This document shows positions 9,657 to 19,512 of a stretch of 64,000 nucleotides of DNA, piece after piece; the stretch's first letter is position 1, and every line of letters starts with the position of its first letter. The stretch spans positions 84,054 through 148,053 of the forward strand of contig CAZBVG010000001.1 of assembly GCA_964495425.1 (NCBI GenBank), given 5' to 3'. This stretch comes from an uncultured Candidatus Saccharibacteria bacterium (GTDB taxonomy: Bacteria; Patescibacteriota; Minisyncoccia; Phycocordibacterales; UBA6065). Below the pieces are notes generated by a model. The model was not told where the DNA came from, searched no databases, and saw only the letters and a list, made by a program, of their open reading frames with translations. The position numbers and the translations under genes were made by a program.

Positions 9657-10271
9657 TTAATGATTATGCTGCTTCACTTTGTGTACATGCCTGTCTTCAG
9701 GTTTTGAACCTTGCTCAAGAAGTAGCACCTCTGAGTTTCCAAAATGAAATCCAAGGAGCACGTCTTGCCATGCGAGTCCGTAGAATGAAGCATAGATCAT
9801 TTTGCCTATATCACCGTGCGTAACGAGTAATACCCGCTTTGCGGAACAATTCATACTAAGCCACCGGAGGATCTTTTCAGCTCGAGTATAGAGAATCGGA
9901 AATGTCTCGGCGCCCTGGGGAGAAAGAAAGTATGTAATTGTTGAAGTGCGGACAATATCCGGAGCACAGAGTTTCTCTATGTCTTGTATGTTTTTGCCAG
10001 ACATGGTGCCAAAATCTCGTTCAATTAATAGATCAAGTTTCTCCGGCTTGGACAAACCTATCAGATCAGTTATCTCCTCCGCAGTTTTGTACGCTCTTTG
10101 CAATGGTGACGCAAACACCTTTTCTATACCTAAATCAAGATCCTTCACTTTCTGCGCAAGTACTTTTGCCTGCTCAATGCCAATGGAAGTAAGAGGCGTA
10201 TCACGGTGACCATTCAAAATTCCGTTTGCATTGTCCTCATCTTGACCATGTCGTACGAGGTAGATTTTCAT
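9657..10271 (-). CDS. Histidine phosphatase family protein (phosphoglycerate mutase-like)
   Basis: 204 aa. An N-terminal LVRHGQ catalytic RHG motif and a later HGD. Confidence 0.7.
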   Translation of the reverse strand: MKIYLVRHGQDEDNANGILNGHRDTPLTSIGIEQAKVLAQKVKDLDLGIEKVFASPLQRAYKTAEEITDLIGLSKPEKLDLLIERDFGTMSGKNIQDIEKLCAPDIVRTSTITYFLSPQGAETFPILYTRAEKILRWLSMNCSAKRVLLVTHGDIGKMIYASFYGLAWQDVLLGFHFGNSEVLLLEQGSKPEDRHVHKVKQHNH

Positions 10272-10273
10272 TG

Positions 10274-10364
10274 GGCGGAGACGGAGGGATTCGAACCCTC
10301 GGAGCCTTTTAAGGGGCTCACCTCTTTAGCAAAGAGGCACGTTAGACCACTCTGACACGTCTCC
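10274..10364 (-). tRNA. tRNA-Ser (anticodon GCT), type II with a long variable arm
   Basis: The reverse complement is GGAGACGTGTCAGAGTGGTCTAACGTGCCTCTTTGCTAAAGAGGTGAGCCCCTTAAAAGGCTCCGAGGGTTCGAATCCCTCCGTCTCCGCC. It has a 7-bp acceptor stem, the anticodon loop TTGCTAA, a long extra arm, and a GGTTCGAAT T-loop. The D-stem pairing is weak and CCA is not encoded. Confidence 0.75.
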
Positions 10365-10456
10365 GTTGTGAAAAGACAATATCATATAAGCACCTTTTTT
10401 TCTATCGATTTTGACAGCTCTCAATTAAATGATAAGTTGTCGAGAGCTCTTTATAT

Positions 10457-10927
10457 ATGACACACGACCCACTCCTTACCTGGTACAACCCAATTGGTGA
10501 TTCTGCGTACGTTGAAAACAAGGTGCCCGGTGAACTGCGCATCAGGACTCGTCGGGAATATGGAAGCGGCTTTAAAGTTACAGGCTTTCTCCGAATCCGA
10601 CGAAATGCACAGAATCCTGGTGAGTTTCTTGTGCACTCAACTGTTTTCGGCCCTGGTTCTGCTAACATCGAAAAAACTCTCACCGCCAGTGAACTCAGAA
10701 TGATGTTCAATTGTAAACGAGAGAACGATGCAAACAACGATGTTGCATACGCGCTCCGTTTCCATGCGACGTATGCACGACAAGGTCTATTCATTCGGCA
10801 CAAGGGCAAGATTAGTTTCCCCTGTCCTGGAACTGGTCTCGATGGCGATCCCAACTTCTGCTTTCATCTCATTCCTGAAATGATCCAGATGGTTGAAAGC
10901 CTCATCGAAAACGGTACAGTTTCCTGA
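10457..10927 (+). CDS. Hypothetical protein
   Basis: 156-aa ORF. The antisense ORF 10402..10854 overlaps it; the plus frame was chosen on composition. Confidence 0.3.
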   Translation: MTHDPLLTWYNPIGDSAYVENKVPGELRIRTRREYGSGFKVTGFLRIRRNAQNPGEFLVHSTVFGPGSANIEKTLTASELRMMFNCKRENDANNDVAYALRFHATYARQGLFIRHKGKISFPCPGTGLDGDPNFCFHLIPEMIQMVESLIENGTVS

Positions 10928-10959
10928 CTCACATCGCGACATATTGTCGCGATTTTTTA

Positions 10960-12714
10960 TTAACTTTTTCTCTTGTGATGAAGAAGCATTTCAACAGCGT
11001 GCTCCATGGAACCAGCCTCTTTCACTTCCCCGCCGTTTACAAAGAATATGTCATCAGCATTTTCAATAGTGTTAAGTCGGTGAGCAATCACAACCCGAGT
11101 GGTTTCCTTTGGAAGCTTCTTAAGAATATCTTCAAGTATTGCTTCGGTCACCGTATCAATATTTGCAGTTGCCTCGTCGAGGATGAGTAGTTTAGGCTTA
11201 CGCAAAACCGCTCGCATAAATGCAATAATTTGCTTTTGACCGAGTGAGAGCGAGCTTCCCGAGGACACTTTTGTCTCAAGCCCCTTATCAAATCTTTGAA
11301 GAAGAGAATCAAGTCCAGATGACTTCAAGAGTTTTGTAAGATCATCGGTTGAATAGCCAGCTAACTCTTCATTGCCATACGCAAGATTATCTTTAACGGT
11401 TCCTGTAAATAAGAAAGGATCTTGAAGAATAAAGCCGATATGTTTTGCGCGTTCTTGCGGTTCAAACGAACGTATATCTTTTCCTTCTAGATACACCGTG
11501 CCTGAAGTTGGATCATATAAACGTGCGATAAGTGATGCTGTCGTAGTCTTTCCTCCACCCGTTGGTCCAACAAGTGCGTAAGTTTTTCCCTTTTCAAACA
11601 CAAAATTTACATTCCGGAAAACCTCGCTACCGTCAGGATAACCAAAGGACACATCCTTAAACTGAATAAGCCCCCTGCCATCCGTTTTGCCATGTGGAAT
11701 CACCTTGAGATTTGATTCGAGATGAAGCACTCGGCCAATACGATCCCATGCCGCCATTGCTGTCTGAAGCATTGCCCACAATCTTGCCATCTCTCTGAGC
11801 GGGTCATAAAAACGAGTAACGTAGAGCACAAAGGAAACTAGAAGTCCGAGTGCAAATTGACCCGAAGCAACAAGGCCAATACCGACAGCGATAACTGCCA
11901 GCTGTGCAAGATTTCCCGCAAATTCAAACACCGGCGTAAAGAGCTCATTGGCAATACCTGCGCCGAATGCTTCTTTGAAATTACGCTCATTAGCTTCCGC
12001 AAACTTTGTTCGGAAATAATCTCGACGATTAAACGCCAAAATAACTTTAAAATTCGTCATCGACTCCTGAATTTCACCGGAAAGTTGACCTGAAGCGGCA
12101 AGGCTCGCTGCATTTCGTTTACCTACCCACTTTGACACAAGTTGCACGAACACGAAGATGCCGATTCCCGGAATAAGTGACGCGAGCGCTAACTTAAAAT
12201 TAATAAAAAGAATAAAAATTCCTGCGCCAATTACGATAAAGATATTCCCTGCAAAGCGCATAAGACCTTGCGAGAAAAACTGATTGAGCTTTTCTGTATC
12301 GTTGTTTATTCGTGAGATGAGATCACCAGATTTATTCTGGTTGAAAAAAGCAAGCGGTAATTCCTGCAGTTTTACGAACACATCATTTCTCAATTTCCAG
12401 AGCGTCCTCTGAGCGACACCTCCCATCACGCGCATCTGAATATAATTAGAAATGAATGCTAATACATAAATTCCAAGGAGAATCGCAGAGTATACAAGTA
12501 CGCCACGATAATCCCCTTTCGACACATACGTATCAATCGTATATCCAACCACCAACGGACCTAAAAGGGTTAACCCAGCATTTAAAAGTACCGAGATAAA
12601 CGATACGACTAGTTTCCCTTTTTCTTCAGCTAAAAGCGGCAACATTTTTCGAAACGCCTTGGCCATAGAAACCTTCGCATCTTCCTTAATTATTTTTGAA
12701 AGTGAATAATCCAT
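10960..12714 (-). CDS. ABC exporter, fused permease/ATPase, subunit 2 of a probable heterodimer
   Basis: Six-TM domain followed by an NBD with Walker A GPTGGGKTT and an ABC signature. The ATG at MDYSLSK immediately follows the stop of the upstream ABC gene. The longer listed ORF start at 12825 overlaps that gene. Confidence 0.8.
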   Translation of the reverse strand: MDYSLSKIIKEDAKVSMAKAFRKMLPLLAEEKGKLVVSFISVLLNAGLTLLGPLVVGYTIDTYVSKGDYRGVLVYSAILLGIYVLAFISNYIQMRVMGGVAQRTLWKLRNDVFVKLQELPLAFFNQNKSGDLISRINNDTEKLNQFFSQGLMRFAGNIFIVIGAGIFILFINFKLALASLIPGIGIFVFVQLVSKWVGKRNAASLAASGQLSGEIQESMTNFKVILAFNRRDYFRTKFAEANERNFKEAFGAGIANELFTPVFEFAGNLAQLAVIAVGIGLVASGQFALGLLVSFVLYVTRFYDPLREMARLWAMLQTAMAAWDRIGRVLHLESNLKVIPHGKTDGRGLIQFKDVSFGYPDGSEVFRNVNFVFEKGKTYALVGPTGGGKTTTASLIARLYDPTSGTVYLEGKDIRSFEPQERAKHIGFILQDPFLFTGTVKDNLAYGNEELAGYSTDDLTKLLKSSGLDSLLQRFDKGLETKVSSGSSLSLGQKQIIAFMRAVLRKPKLLILDEATANIDTVTEAILEDILKKLPKETTRVVIAHRLNTIENADDIFFVNGGEVKEAGSMEHAVEMLLHHKRKS

Positions 12715-12718
12715 AGAT

Positions 12719-14479
12719 TTAGTGGTTATGAGATTGCTCATAAGTATGAGTACTCTTCTGAGATTCCATAATCTGAGCATACTCAGGCGATGTTGCAGAA
12801 AGCTCCTTGTGAGTTCCGGAGGCAATTACCTCTCCTTCCATCAAGAGGATAATCTTATCGAAACTTTCGACCGAATGAATTTTTTGAGTAACTGAAATAA
12901 CGGTAAGGTGCGGATAATTTTTCTCGATGTTCTTCAATATCTTTGTTTCAGTGTTTTGATCAACTCGCGCGGTAAAATCATCCAATAAAAGTACTTTAGG
13001 ATTAATCGAAAGAGCTCGAGCAAGCATAATACGCTGCTTTTGGCCTCCTGAAAGTGAAGTTCCTCGTTCACTTGCCATCGTATCAAGACCTTGCGGCAAG
13101 GACGCTACGAAATCAGAAAGCTCAGCTGTTTCGATTGCCTTTTGTACATCCGCTTCATGTGCCTGTTTGTTGAATGCAATATTCTCGCGAATAGTCGTCT
13201 GAAACATCACGCTGTCTTGAAATACAATCGCAACCTGCGAATGGATTGAGTGCTTTGAATACGAAGTTATTGGCTTTCCATCAAAATAGACTTCTCCGGA
13301 ATCAGGCCGAATAAGACCAATGAGCGTGTGGAGCAATTGTGTCTTACCTGCGGCAGTAGGACCGATAATAGCAGTCTTGGTGCCGGCACGAATCGCAAAC
13401 GACACATCATCAAGCGCCTTCTTCTCTCCATATGAGACGGTGACATTTTTTACTTCCACATCTCCCTTCACCTGCGCTTCGATACCTTCATCTTTTTCAT
13501 CTTCAAGTTTAGTAACTTCCGAGATTCGACCGTATGATTCTTGAGCTCGAGACATAATACTTGAAACGAAACCGAGCATTATGATCGGGAAAATAAGAAT
13601 ATATACGTAACTATTGAATGCGGCGAACTCACCGAGAGTCATAGAACCACCGATAACGAATTTGCCTCCAAGCGCCAAAATAACGAGTATGGCGAGATTA
13701 GCAATAATTCCAACCGATGGAATCATCAATGAAAAATATTTAAGAATTTTGAGACCATTATCTCTTGCAGCACTGTTCTCGGCATGGAATTTCGACACCT
13801 CAGATGTTTCAGAATGAAGTACCCGCACAAGACTCGCTCCGATGATTGACTCACTGATAGTCGCATTTAATCTATCAATGATTTCCTGGGTCAATTTAAA
13901 TAATGGACCGATTTTCTTGAATACCACAAAAAACAAAACACCTATAAGCGGCAAGAGCGCGAGTACGGCCAATGCCAATTTCCAATGTATTGATATAAGC
14001 AGAATTGCGGAACCAACAATAAGAATAAGTGAAGAAATGATCGTCACAATACCCATTGATATAAATTGCTTAATCGCATCTATATCCGAGGTAAGGTTGG
14101 TGAGGAGTTTTGCCGGTGTCTCCTTCTCAAGCTTTGCAAAACTCAATCGTGAAATTTTATCTGTAAGTGATGTGCGAATATCTCGAGCAGATTTTTCAGA
14201 AAGGTATGTCTGAACCACTCCCTGTAAATAGGTACATACAAGTACGAGCACTGAAACAAGTACAAACTGCATTGAAAGCGAATTCAAATCAAACGTTCCT
14301 GCAGAATAACTATCTATGCCCTTTGAGATAAGTTTAGGAATGAAAAGACTTATTGCGTTTCCTGCAATAGTAACTACTGCCAAAAGTAAAACAAAGCCTT
14401 TGTACGGGCCTAGAAGAGCAAAAACGTTTGCTTTCGGCGTCGCCTTTTGAGCATTAGTATGTTCTTTCCTTTTATTCAT
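12719..14479 (-). CDS. ABC exporter, fused permease/ATPase, subunit 1
   Basis: 586 aa. TM domain, Walker A GPTAAGKTQ, signature LSGGQKQR, and Walker B LLLDD. Confidence 0.8.
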   Translation of the reverse strand: MNKRKEHTNAQKATPKANVFALLGPYKGFVLLLAVVTIAGNAISLFIPKLISKGIDSYSAGTFDLNSLSMQFVLVSVLVLVCTYLQGVVQTYLSEKSARDIRTSLTDKISRLSFAKLEKETPAKLLTNLTSDIDAIKQFISMGIVTIISSLILIVGSAILLISIHWKLALAVLALLPLIGVLFFVVFKKIGPLFKLTQEIIDRLNATISESIIGASLVRVLHSETSEVSKFHAENSAARDNGLKILKYFSLMIPSVGIIANLAILVILALGGKFVIGGSMTLGEFAAFNSYVYILIFPIIMLGFVSSIMSRAQESYGRISEVTKLEDEKDEGIEAQVKGDVEVKNVTVSYGEKKALDDVSFAIRAGTKTAIIGPTAAGKTQLLHTLIGLIRPDSGEVYFDGKPITSYSKHSIHSQVAIVFQDSVMFQTTIRENIAFNKQAHEADVQKAIETAELSDFVASLPQGLDTMASERGTSLSGGQKQRIMLARALSINPKVLLLDDFTARVDQNTETKILKNIEKNYPHLTVISVTQKIHSVESFDKIILLMEGEVIASGTHKELSATSPEYAQIMESQKSTHTYEQSHNH

Positions 14480-14504
14480 AGACTCTTAAGGATATAGTAC
14501 GAAC

Positions 14505-15311
14505 ATGAATATGAAAAGGTTTAAAACTCTCATATATACGTATTATCGGGCATCTGGTCGACACGACCTACCGTGGAGAAAGACGCGTGATCCATACAAA
14601 ATCCTTGTCTCTGAAAGCATGCTTCAGCAAACACAGGTCCCCCGAGTTTTAAAAAAATATAATAAATTTCTTACAAGCTTTCCAACTGCAAAAGCTTTGG
14701 CACAAGCACCTACCGCGCAGGTACTTACCGCGTGGCAAGGATTAGGGTACAATCGCCGCGCGCTTAATCTAAAACGTGCCTGTGAAATAGTAGTGAACAC
14801 ATATGACGGAATATTTCCCAAAACGGCAGAGGAACTTGAGGCGCTCCCCGGAATCGGCCAATCAACGCGAGGTGCCATTATGGCTTTCGCCTATAACATA
14901 CCAACTGTATTTATAGAAACAAATATCCGCTCAATCTTTATTCATCATTTTTTTGATGGCGTAGAAAAAATTCATGATAAAGAAATTCTGCCGCTTATCG
15001 AAAAAACTCTCGACCGCGCACACCCTCGCGATTGGTATTACGCACTCATGGATTATGGTGTTCACTTAAAGCAAACGCTTCCCAATCCATCACGAAATAG
15101 CATCCATCATGTAAAACAGTCTGCTTTCAAAGGTTCAAATCGCGAAATGCGCTCTAAAATTCTTGCGTATATTCTGAAAGAAAATCGAACCGAAAATGAA
15201 ATCATACAGCACATTGGCATGCCTGATCGTGCGATCAAAAAAAATATTCAAGCACTCACCTCTGAAGGGTTTATCGTGCGTAAAAACGGCACCTATTCTA
15301 TTGCCCACTAA
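14505..15311 (+). CDS. HhH-GPD base-excision DNA glycosylase (MutY/Nth-like, no Fe-S cysteine cluster)
   Basis: 268 aa. Helix-hairpin-helix LPGIGQSTRGAI and an HhH-GPD core. No C-terminal 4-Cys cluster. Confidence 0.6.
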   Translation: MNMKRFKTLIYTYYRASGRHDLPWRKTRDPYKILVSESMLQQTQVPRVLKKYNKFLTSFPTAKALAQAPTAQVLTAWQGLGYNRRALNLKRACEIVVNTYDGIFPKTAEELEALPGIGQSTRGAIMAFAYNIPTVFIETNIRSIFIHHFFDGVEKIHDKEILPLIEKTLDRAHPRDWYYALMDYGVHLKQTLPNPSRNSIHHVKQSAFKGSNREMRSKILAYILKENRTENEIIQHIGMPDRAIKKNIQALTSEGFIVRKNGTYSIAH

Positions 15312-15342
15312 GAAACTTGTACCCTTCTAAGAGCGTACTAAG

Positions 15343-15624
15343 TTGTATATCCCTAAATTCACACATATGAAAAACGCACTTATTATTATAGTTATTATTC
15401 TGGTTGTAGGAGGTATTGTTTATGCATTTACTCGACCGACGACTCCGGACATACATGACGACAATCAGGTAGTTTGTACCATGGACGCAAAAATGTGCCC
15501 CGATGGTTCATATGTTGGACGAACTGGTCCTAATTGTGAATTCGCAGCATGCCCTACCGGCGGAACTACGACCAACGGCACCTCAACACTCAACGGTACA
15601 ACGAGTATACAAATGAATCTCTAA
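15343..15624 (+). CDS. Small Cys-containing secreted or membrane protein
   Basis: 93 aa with an N-terminal hydrophobic helix (likely start at MKNALIII), four Cys and a Thr/Gly/Asn-rich tail. Confidence 0.4.
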   Translation: MYIPKFTHMKNALIIIVIILVVGGIVYAFTRPTTPDIHDDNQVVCTMDAKMCPDGSYVGRTGPNCEFAACPTGGTTTNGTSTLNGTTSIQMNL

Positions 15625-15690
15625 TTGATCGACTCAGAAGGTAGGAAATAAAAAATGCCCAGAAGTACTTCTGGGCATTCGCGTATGCGA

Positions 15691-16671
15691 CTAAAGCTTT
15701 TTTGACTCTTGCACTCTCACCACGTGACGGTGAGAAATCGCTTTGTCCCTCGTCGTCGCAAACTGAACCACGAGCCGGATTGTGCCTCCCTTGGTTACGA
15801 ATCGAGCGCGGTAATTGTTTACCACATTCTCTTTCTTCGCATCCAAGATCATGGCCCCTTCCGGAAACTCGCAGAGGGTTGATACTTCCTCATTGGGAAG
15901 TTTACCCTTCTTGCGGAGATGATGTTCAAGGATGAAGAGCGCATGCTCCAAACACCCTTGTGTTGCGGTCTGCCGCTTCCGAACATTTTCTCCCGGCACT
16001 GCGACAAGCGACTTGTCGGGCTCCGAACTGTCCGCAGTCCAGAACCCATAACTCGTCTCGACAGGTGCATCGATTTGCGACAACACCCCTTCGACACTTG
16101 TCTTTGGGAGACTTTTGACGACGTCCTCGACCACCACCCCTTGCTCACGAAGAGCAGAGAGAACAGTGAGCGGTGACATGCCATTGCCAGGACCAAGCAC
16201 ATCGTCACCTAACACGATGACGAAGTAGTTGAGTCCTTTTTTGTGGGCCTGCATCGCCTGTTCGATGATATTCGTTCGAAACACCTGGTAATCGGCGTTT
16301 TTCACAAGCTTCTCACCGAAACAGACTCGATACATCCGCTCCTGACGTTTGAGACTTTTCTCAACGTATGAGCGGATCCTCGGATCTGGCAACAGACGGG
16401 GTTCCTCAGGCGTCACTGGCGACGCATCAGAAAGACCTCCTGCCAGACCTCCGACCTTGAGATCACGGATCCCGAACACTGACGCGACCTGATCGAGCTG
16501 ATTGTGTTCAACCATCGCCCGAAATGAGTCGATAAAGGCAAGAAGTCTCGCCTTGCTTCCAGCATCCTCTTTGGCTGGCATTCTGGGTGCTACGCTTTCC
16601 ATAATTTCTATGTGCTGTGGGTTGGGGTTACGTTTCAAATTCCTATTCGTAACTATACATATTTTTTTCAT
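15691..16671 (-). CDS. Hypothetical protein (GC-rich ORFan)
   Basis: A 326-aa ORF in a roughly 1-kb stretch with about 55-60% GC, against about 37-45% in neighbouring genes. No motif recognised. The start may be the internal MESVAP. Confidence 0.5.
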   Translation of the reverse strand: MKKICIVTNRNLKRNPNPQHIEIMESVAPRMPAKEDAGSKARLLAFIDSFRAMVEHNQLDQVASVFGIRDLKVGGLAGGLSDASPVTPEEPRLLPDPRIRSYVEKSLKRQERMYRVCFGEKLVKNADYQVFRTNIIEQAMQAHKKGLNYFVIVLGDDVLGPGNGMSPLTVLSALREQGVVVEDVVKSLPKTSVEGVLSQIDAPVETSYGFWTADSSEPDKSLVAVPGENVRKRQTATQGCLEHALFILEHHLRKKGKLPNEEVSTLCEFPEGAMILDAKKENVVNNYRARFVTKGGTIRLVVQFATTRDKAISHRHVVRVQESKKL

Positions 16672-16715
16672 AAAGTCAAGTATATTCTTGCCTCAGGTGT
16701 CTATACAATAAACGC

Positions 16716-18881
16716 GTGAATTTAAGCCATCTTTTGGAGGAACATATTCGTATTCTCGGGCCTCAAAAAAGCGCCCTTTCTAAACTTGGAATAAAAACTA
16801 TCGAGGATCTCCTCTATCACTTTCCCGTACGGTATGGCGACACTGTTGAATCAAAATCAATCGCAAGCCTCCATAAAGGTGACGAAGCTGTTATTTTTGG
16901 AACGGTAAGCAAACTCAAAACAGGTAAAGGTTTCAGAACAAAAGTAGCCATGGCAGATGGTGTGATTACGGATGAATCAGGAACCATAAAAGCAATTTGG
17001 TTCAATCAGCCATACCTCGCAAAAATGATTCCTGAAGGAGCATTTGTCCGCGTTGAAGGAAAAGTATCCGAACGAAAGAAAAATGGTGAACTTTACTTTT
17101 CAAACCCAAAAATAGAAAAAGTTGATCACCTGCCTACCGCTGTCGGTGATTCGCTCTTTGGAGAATCAGGTGCAATTCATACTCTCTATCCTGTGTATCC
17201 TGAATCACGCGGTATTAGTTCAAATTGGATTTATCACGCGATTCAAAGAATCTTCAAAAGTGGCATTCTTGATACACTGCACGATCCGTTGCCTGAAGAC
17301 ATTCTCGCTAAATACAACCTTCCGTCCCTAATCTCGGCGCTCATCTGGATTCACGCCCCACAAAAGGAATCTGATGCTATCGCCGCTCGAAAGCGCTTTG
17401 CATTCGAAGAAATATTCTTTATTCAACTTGAGCGACAAAAGGAAAAGAAAGAATGGAAAAAGAATCCTGCGTTTGTCATTGAACCAAAACCAGAGGTCAT
17501 CGAAAAATTTGTATCTCGATTTAATTTTCCTTTTACAAACGCTCAGACACGAGCGATTAGTGATGTGCTCAAAGATTTTAAACAAGGTCATGCTATGGCA
17601 CGACTTCTTGAAGGAGATGTGGGATCAGGAAAAACTGCCGTTGCTGCAACCACTACCTATGCGGCTATCATGACTCGTCCCCGCGGTCAGGACTATGGAT
17701 CATTACAGGTTGCCTACATGGCGCCAACAGAAATTTTGGCGACCCAGCATTTTGAATCATTTATTCAGTATTTTGAGCATACAGGCGTCTCTATTGGCCT
17801 AATTACAGGCTCAGGTTGCAGAAAATTTCCATCAAAAGTAAATCCAAAGGGATGGACCGATATTTCACGTACACAGCTTTTAAAGTGGGTAGCAAACGGC
17901 GAAATCCCTATTCTGATCGGCACACATGCCCTTATTCAAAAATCAGTTCAATTTAAAAATCTCGCGTACGCCATTGTTGATGAACAACATCGATTCGGCA
18001 CAGCACAGAGACAGAAACTTGTTCGCAAAGACAGAATTCACCCTCACCTGCTCTCCATGACCGCAACACCTATTCCCCGCACCCTTGCACTCACCATATA
18101 CGGAGACTTGGATATAACACTTCTCGACGAAATGCCTCATGGGCGAAAACCGATTATCACCGAAGTCGTCCTGCCCACCAAGCGCGATGAAATGTATGAG
18201 AAAGTTCGGGCACAACTTGCAGCCGGTCGCCAGGCATACATTATCTGTCCGCGAATCGACGAACCTGATCCCACCAAAGAATTTGCCATTATTGCAAAGT
18301 CAGTAAAAGAGGAAGCAAAAAGACTCAAAGAATATGTATTCAAAGAATACGAGATCGGTGTTCTCCATTCAAAAATGAAAGACGCGGAAAAAGAAAACGT
18401 GATGAATGAGTTTAAGGCGGGCAACATTCATATTCTCGTCGCTACATCCGTAGTTGAAGTGGGTGTAAACGTTCCGAATGCAACCGTCATATTAATTGAA
18501 GGAGCCGAGCGATTTGGGCTTTCACAGCTTCATCAGCTTCGCGGCCGCGTCGTACGATCAAATCATCAAGCATACTGCTATCTCTATGCAGAAAGTCAGG
18601 GTGATAAAACAATCGAACGACTACGGGCGCTCACAACTGCAAAGAATGGTTTTGAACTTGCAGAGTTTGATCTCAAATTTCGTGGTACTGGCGAACTCTA
18701 CGGCAAAAAGCAGTGGGGTGTCTCTGATGTGGCAATGGAAGCAATCAAAAATATAAAAATGGTTGAGGCGGCACGAACCGAAGCATTGAGACTCGTCCAA
18801 GAAGATGATACGTTCACGCGCTACCCTCTCCTACAAACCGAACTCAAACGACGCGAGAACGCGCGAATACATTTTGAATAG
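16716..18881 (+). CDS. recG: ATP-dependent DNA helicase RecG
   Basis: 721 aa. An N-terminal wedge/OB region, helicase motifs GDVGSGKT and DEQHRFG, and the conserved C-terminal RecG region. Confidence 0.85.
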   Translation: MNLSHLLEEHIRILGPQKSALSKLGIKTIEDLLYHFPVRYGDTVESKSIASLHKGDEAVIFGTVSKLKTGKGFRTKVAMADGVITDESGTIKAIWFNQPYLAKMIPEGAFVRVEGKVSERKKNGELYFSNPKIEKVDHLPTAVGDSLFGESGAIHTLYPVYPESRGISSNWIYHAIQRIFKSGILDTLHDPLPEDILAKYNLPSLISALIWIHAPQKESDAIAARKRFAFEEIFFIQLERQKEKKEWKKNPAFVIEPKPEVIEKFVSRFNFPFTNAQTRAISDVLKDFKQGHAMARLLEGDVGSGKTAVAATTTYAAIMTRPRGQDYGSLQVAYMAPTEILATQHFESFIQYFEHTGVSIGLITGSGCRKFPSKVNPKGWTDISRTQLLKWVANGEIPILIGTHALIQKSVQFKNLAYAIVDEQHRFGTAQRQKLVRKDRIHPHLLSMTATPIPRTLALTIYGDLDITLLDEMPHGRKPIITEVVLPTKRDEMYEKVRAQLAAGRQAYIICPRIDEPDPTKEFAIIAKSVKEEAKRLKEYVFKEYEIGVLHSKMKDAEKENVMNEFKAGNIHILVATSVVEVGVNVPNATVILIEGAERFGLSQLHQLRGRVVRSNHQAYCYLYAESQGDKTIERLRALTTAKNGFELAEFDLKFRGTGELYGKKQWGVSDVAMEAIKNIKMVEAARTEALRLVQEDDTFTRYPLLQTELKRRENARIHFE

Positions 18882-18955
18882 TGCGCCTACTTGGACTCGA
18901 ACCAAGGACCCTCGAGGTATAAGCTCGATGCTCTAACCAACTGAGCTATAGGCGC
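18882..18955 (-). tRNA. tRNA-Ile with anticodon TAT (UAU)
   Basis: The reverse complement is GCGCCTATAGCTCAGTTGGTTAGAGCATCGAGCTTATACCTCGAGGGTCCTTGGTTCGAGTCCAAGTAGGCGCA. It forms a perfect cloverleaf with anticodon stem TCGAG/CTCGA and loop CTTATAC, giving anticodon TAT. CCA is not encoded. Confidence 0.8.
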
Positions 18956-19007
18956 AAAGTATGTAGCAAAATCAATACTAAACCAGACCGACGCGATATA
19001 CAAATGT

Positions 19008-19475
19008 GTGAATATCTTTAATGCAACAACAGAGAACAGGCGTATACTAAAGACAAATCCCTCAGCCCAAACCAACGTCCTTTACGTCATGAAGAAAAGA
19101 CTCGTTCTATTCCTTCTGGCTCAAGACCAGGAGATCTACGAAGTTCAGCGTGGCCCTTATCGCGGTTTTCCCTGCAAACTTCTCAATGTGGGGGAAAGTG
19201 CCGCTCAAGCCGCCTACGAAACACTCGACAGGGGTAAGTTCTACCTCCATGGTATCTTCCCTTCTCCGGTGCTCATCGCAGAAAGGTACGACGGCGCAAC
19301 TGGAGAGCAGGTTGATTTCGAGTATGATGGCCAACCGGTGACCGTCGAATATTATGTTCTCACGAACTATGTTCGATTCATCCATTCGGTTCACAACTTG
19401 AGCTTCCTGCTCCCCGACATCTTCGTTTCTTTCTTCCGTAATTCAAGTGCCGCGAAAAAATTTCACGCCGCTTGA
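19008..19475 (+). CDS. Hypothetical protein
   Basis: 155-aa ORF with no motifs and a likely start at MKKRLVLF. The antisense ORF 19107..19394 was rejected. Confidence 0.35.
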   Translation: MNIFNATTENRRILKTNPSAQTNVLYVMKKRLVLFLLAQDQEIYEVQRGPYRGFPCKLLNVGESAAQAAYETLDRGKFYLHGIFPSPVLIAERYDGATGEQVDFEYDGQPVTVEYYVLTNYVRFIHSVHNLSFLLPDIFVSFFRNSSAAKKFHAA

Positions 19476-19481
19476 AATAAC

Positions 19482-19512
19482 AAAGACCACCCATTCGGGC
19501 GGTCTTTTTATT
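19482..19512. terminator. Bidirectional intrinsic terminator between convergent genes
   Basis: AGACCACCC-ATTC-GGGCGGTCT, flanked by an A-run and a T-run. Confidence 0.55.

Noticed and set aside
10402-10854. 150-aa minus-strand ORF overlapping the 10457..10927 plus-strand ORF
   Set aside because: It overlaps the plus-strand ORF almost completely in antisense. The plus-strand frame has a more protein-like composition. The minus product is Arg/Ser/Cys-rich low-complexity sequence typical of GC-driven spurious frames.
15849-16208. 119-aa and 85-aa ORFs on alternative frames inside the GC-rich ORFan
   Set aside because: High GC suppresses stop codons on all frames. The longest frame (15691..16671) was retained.
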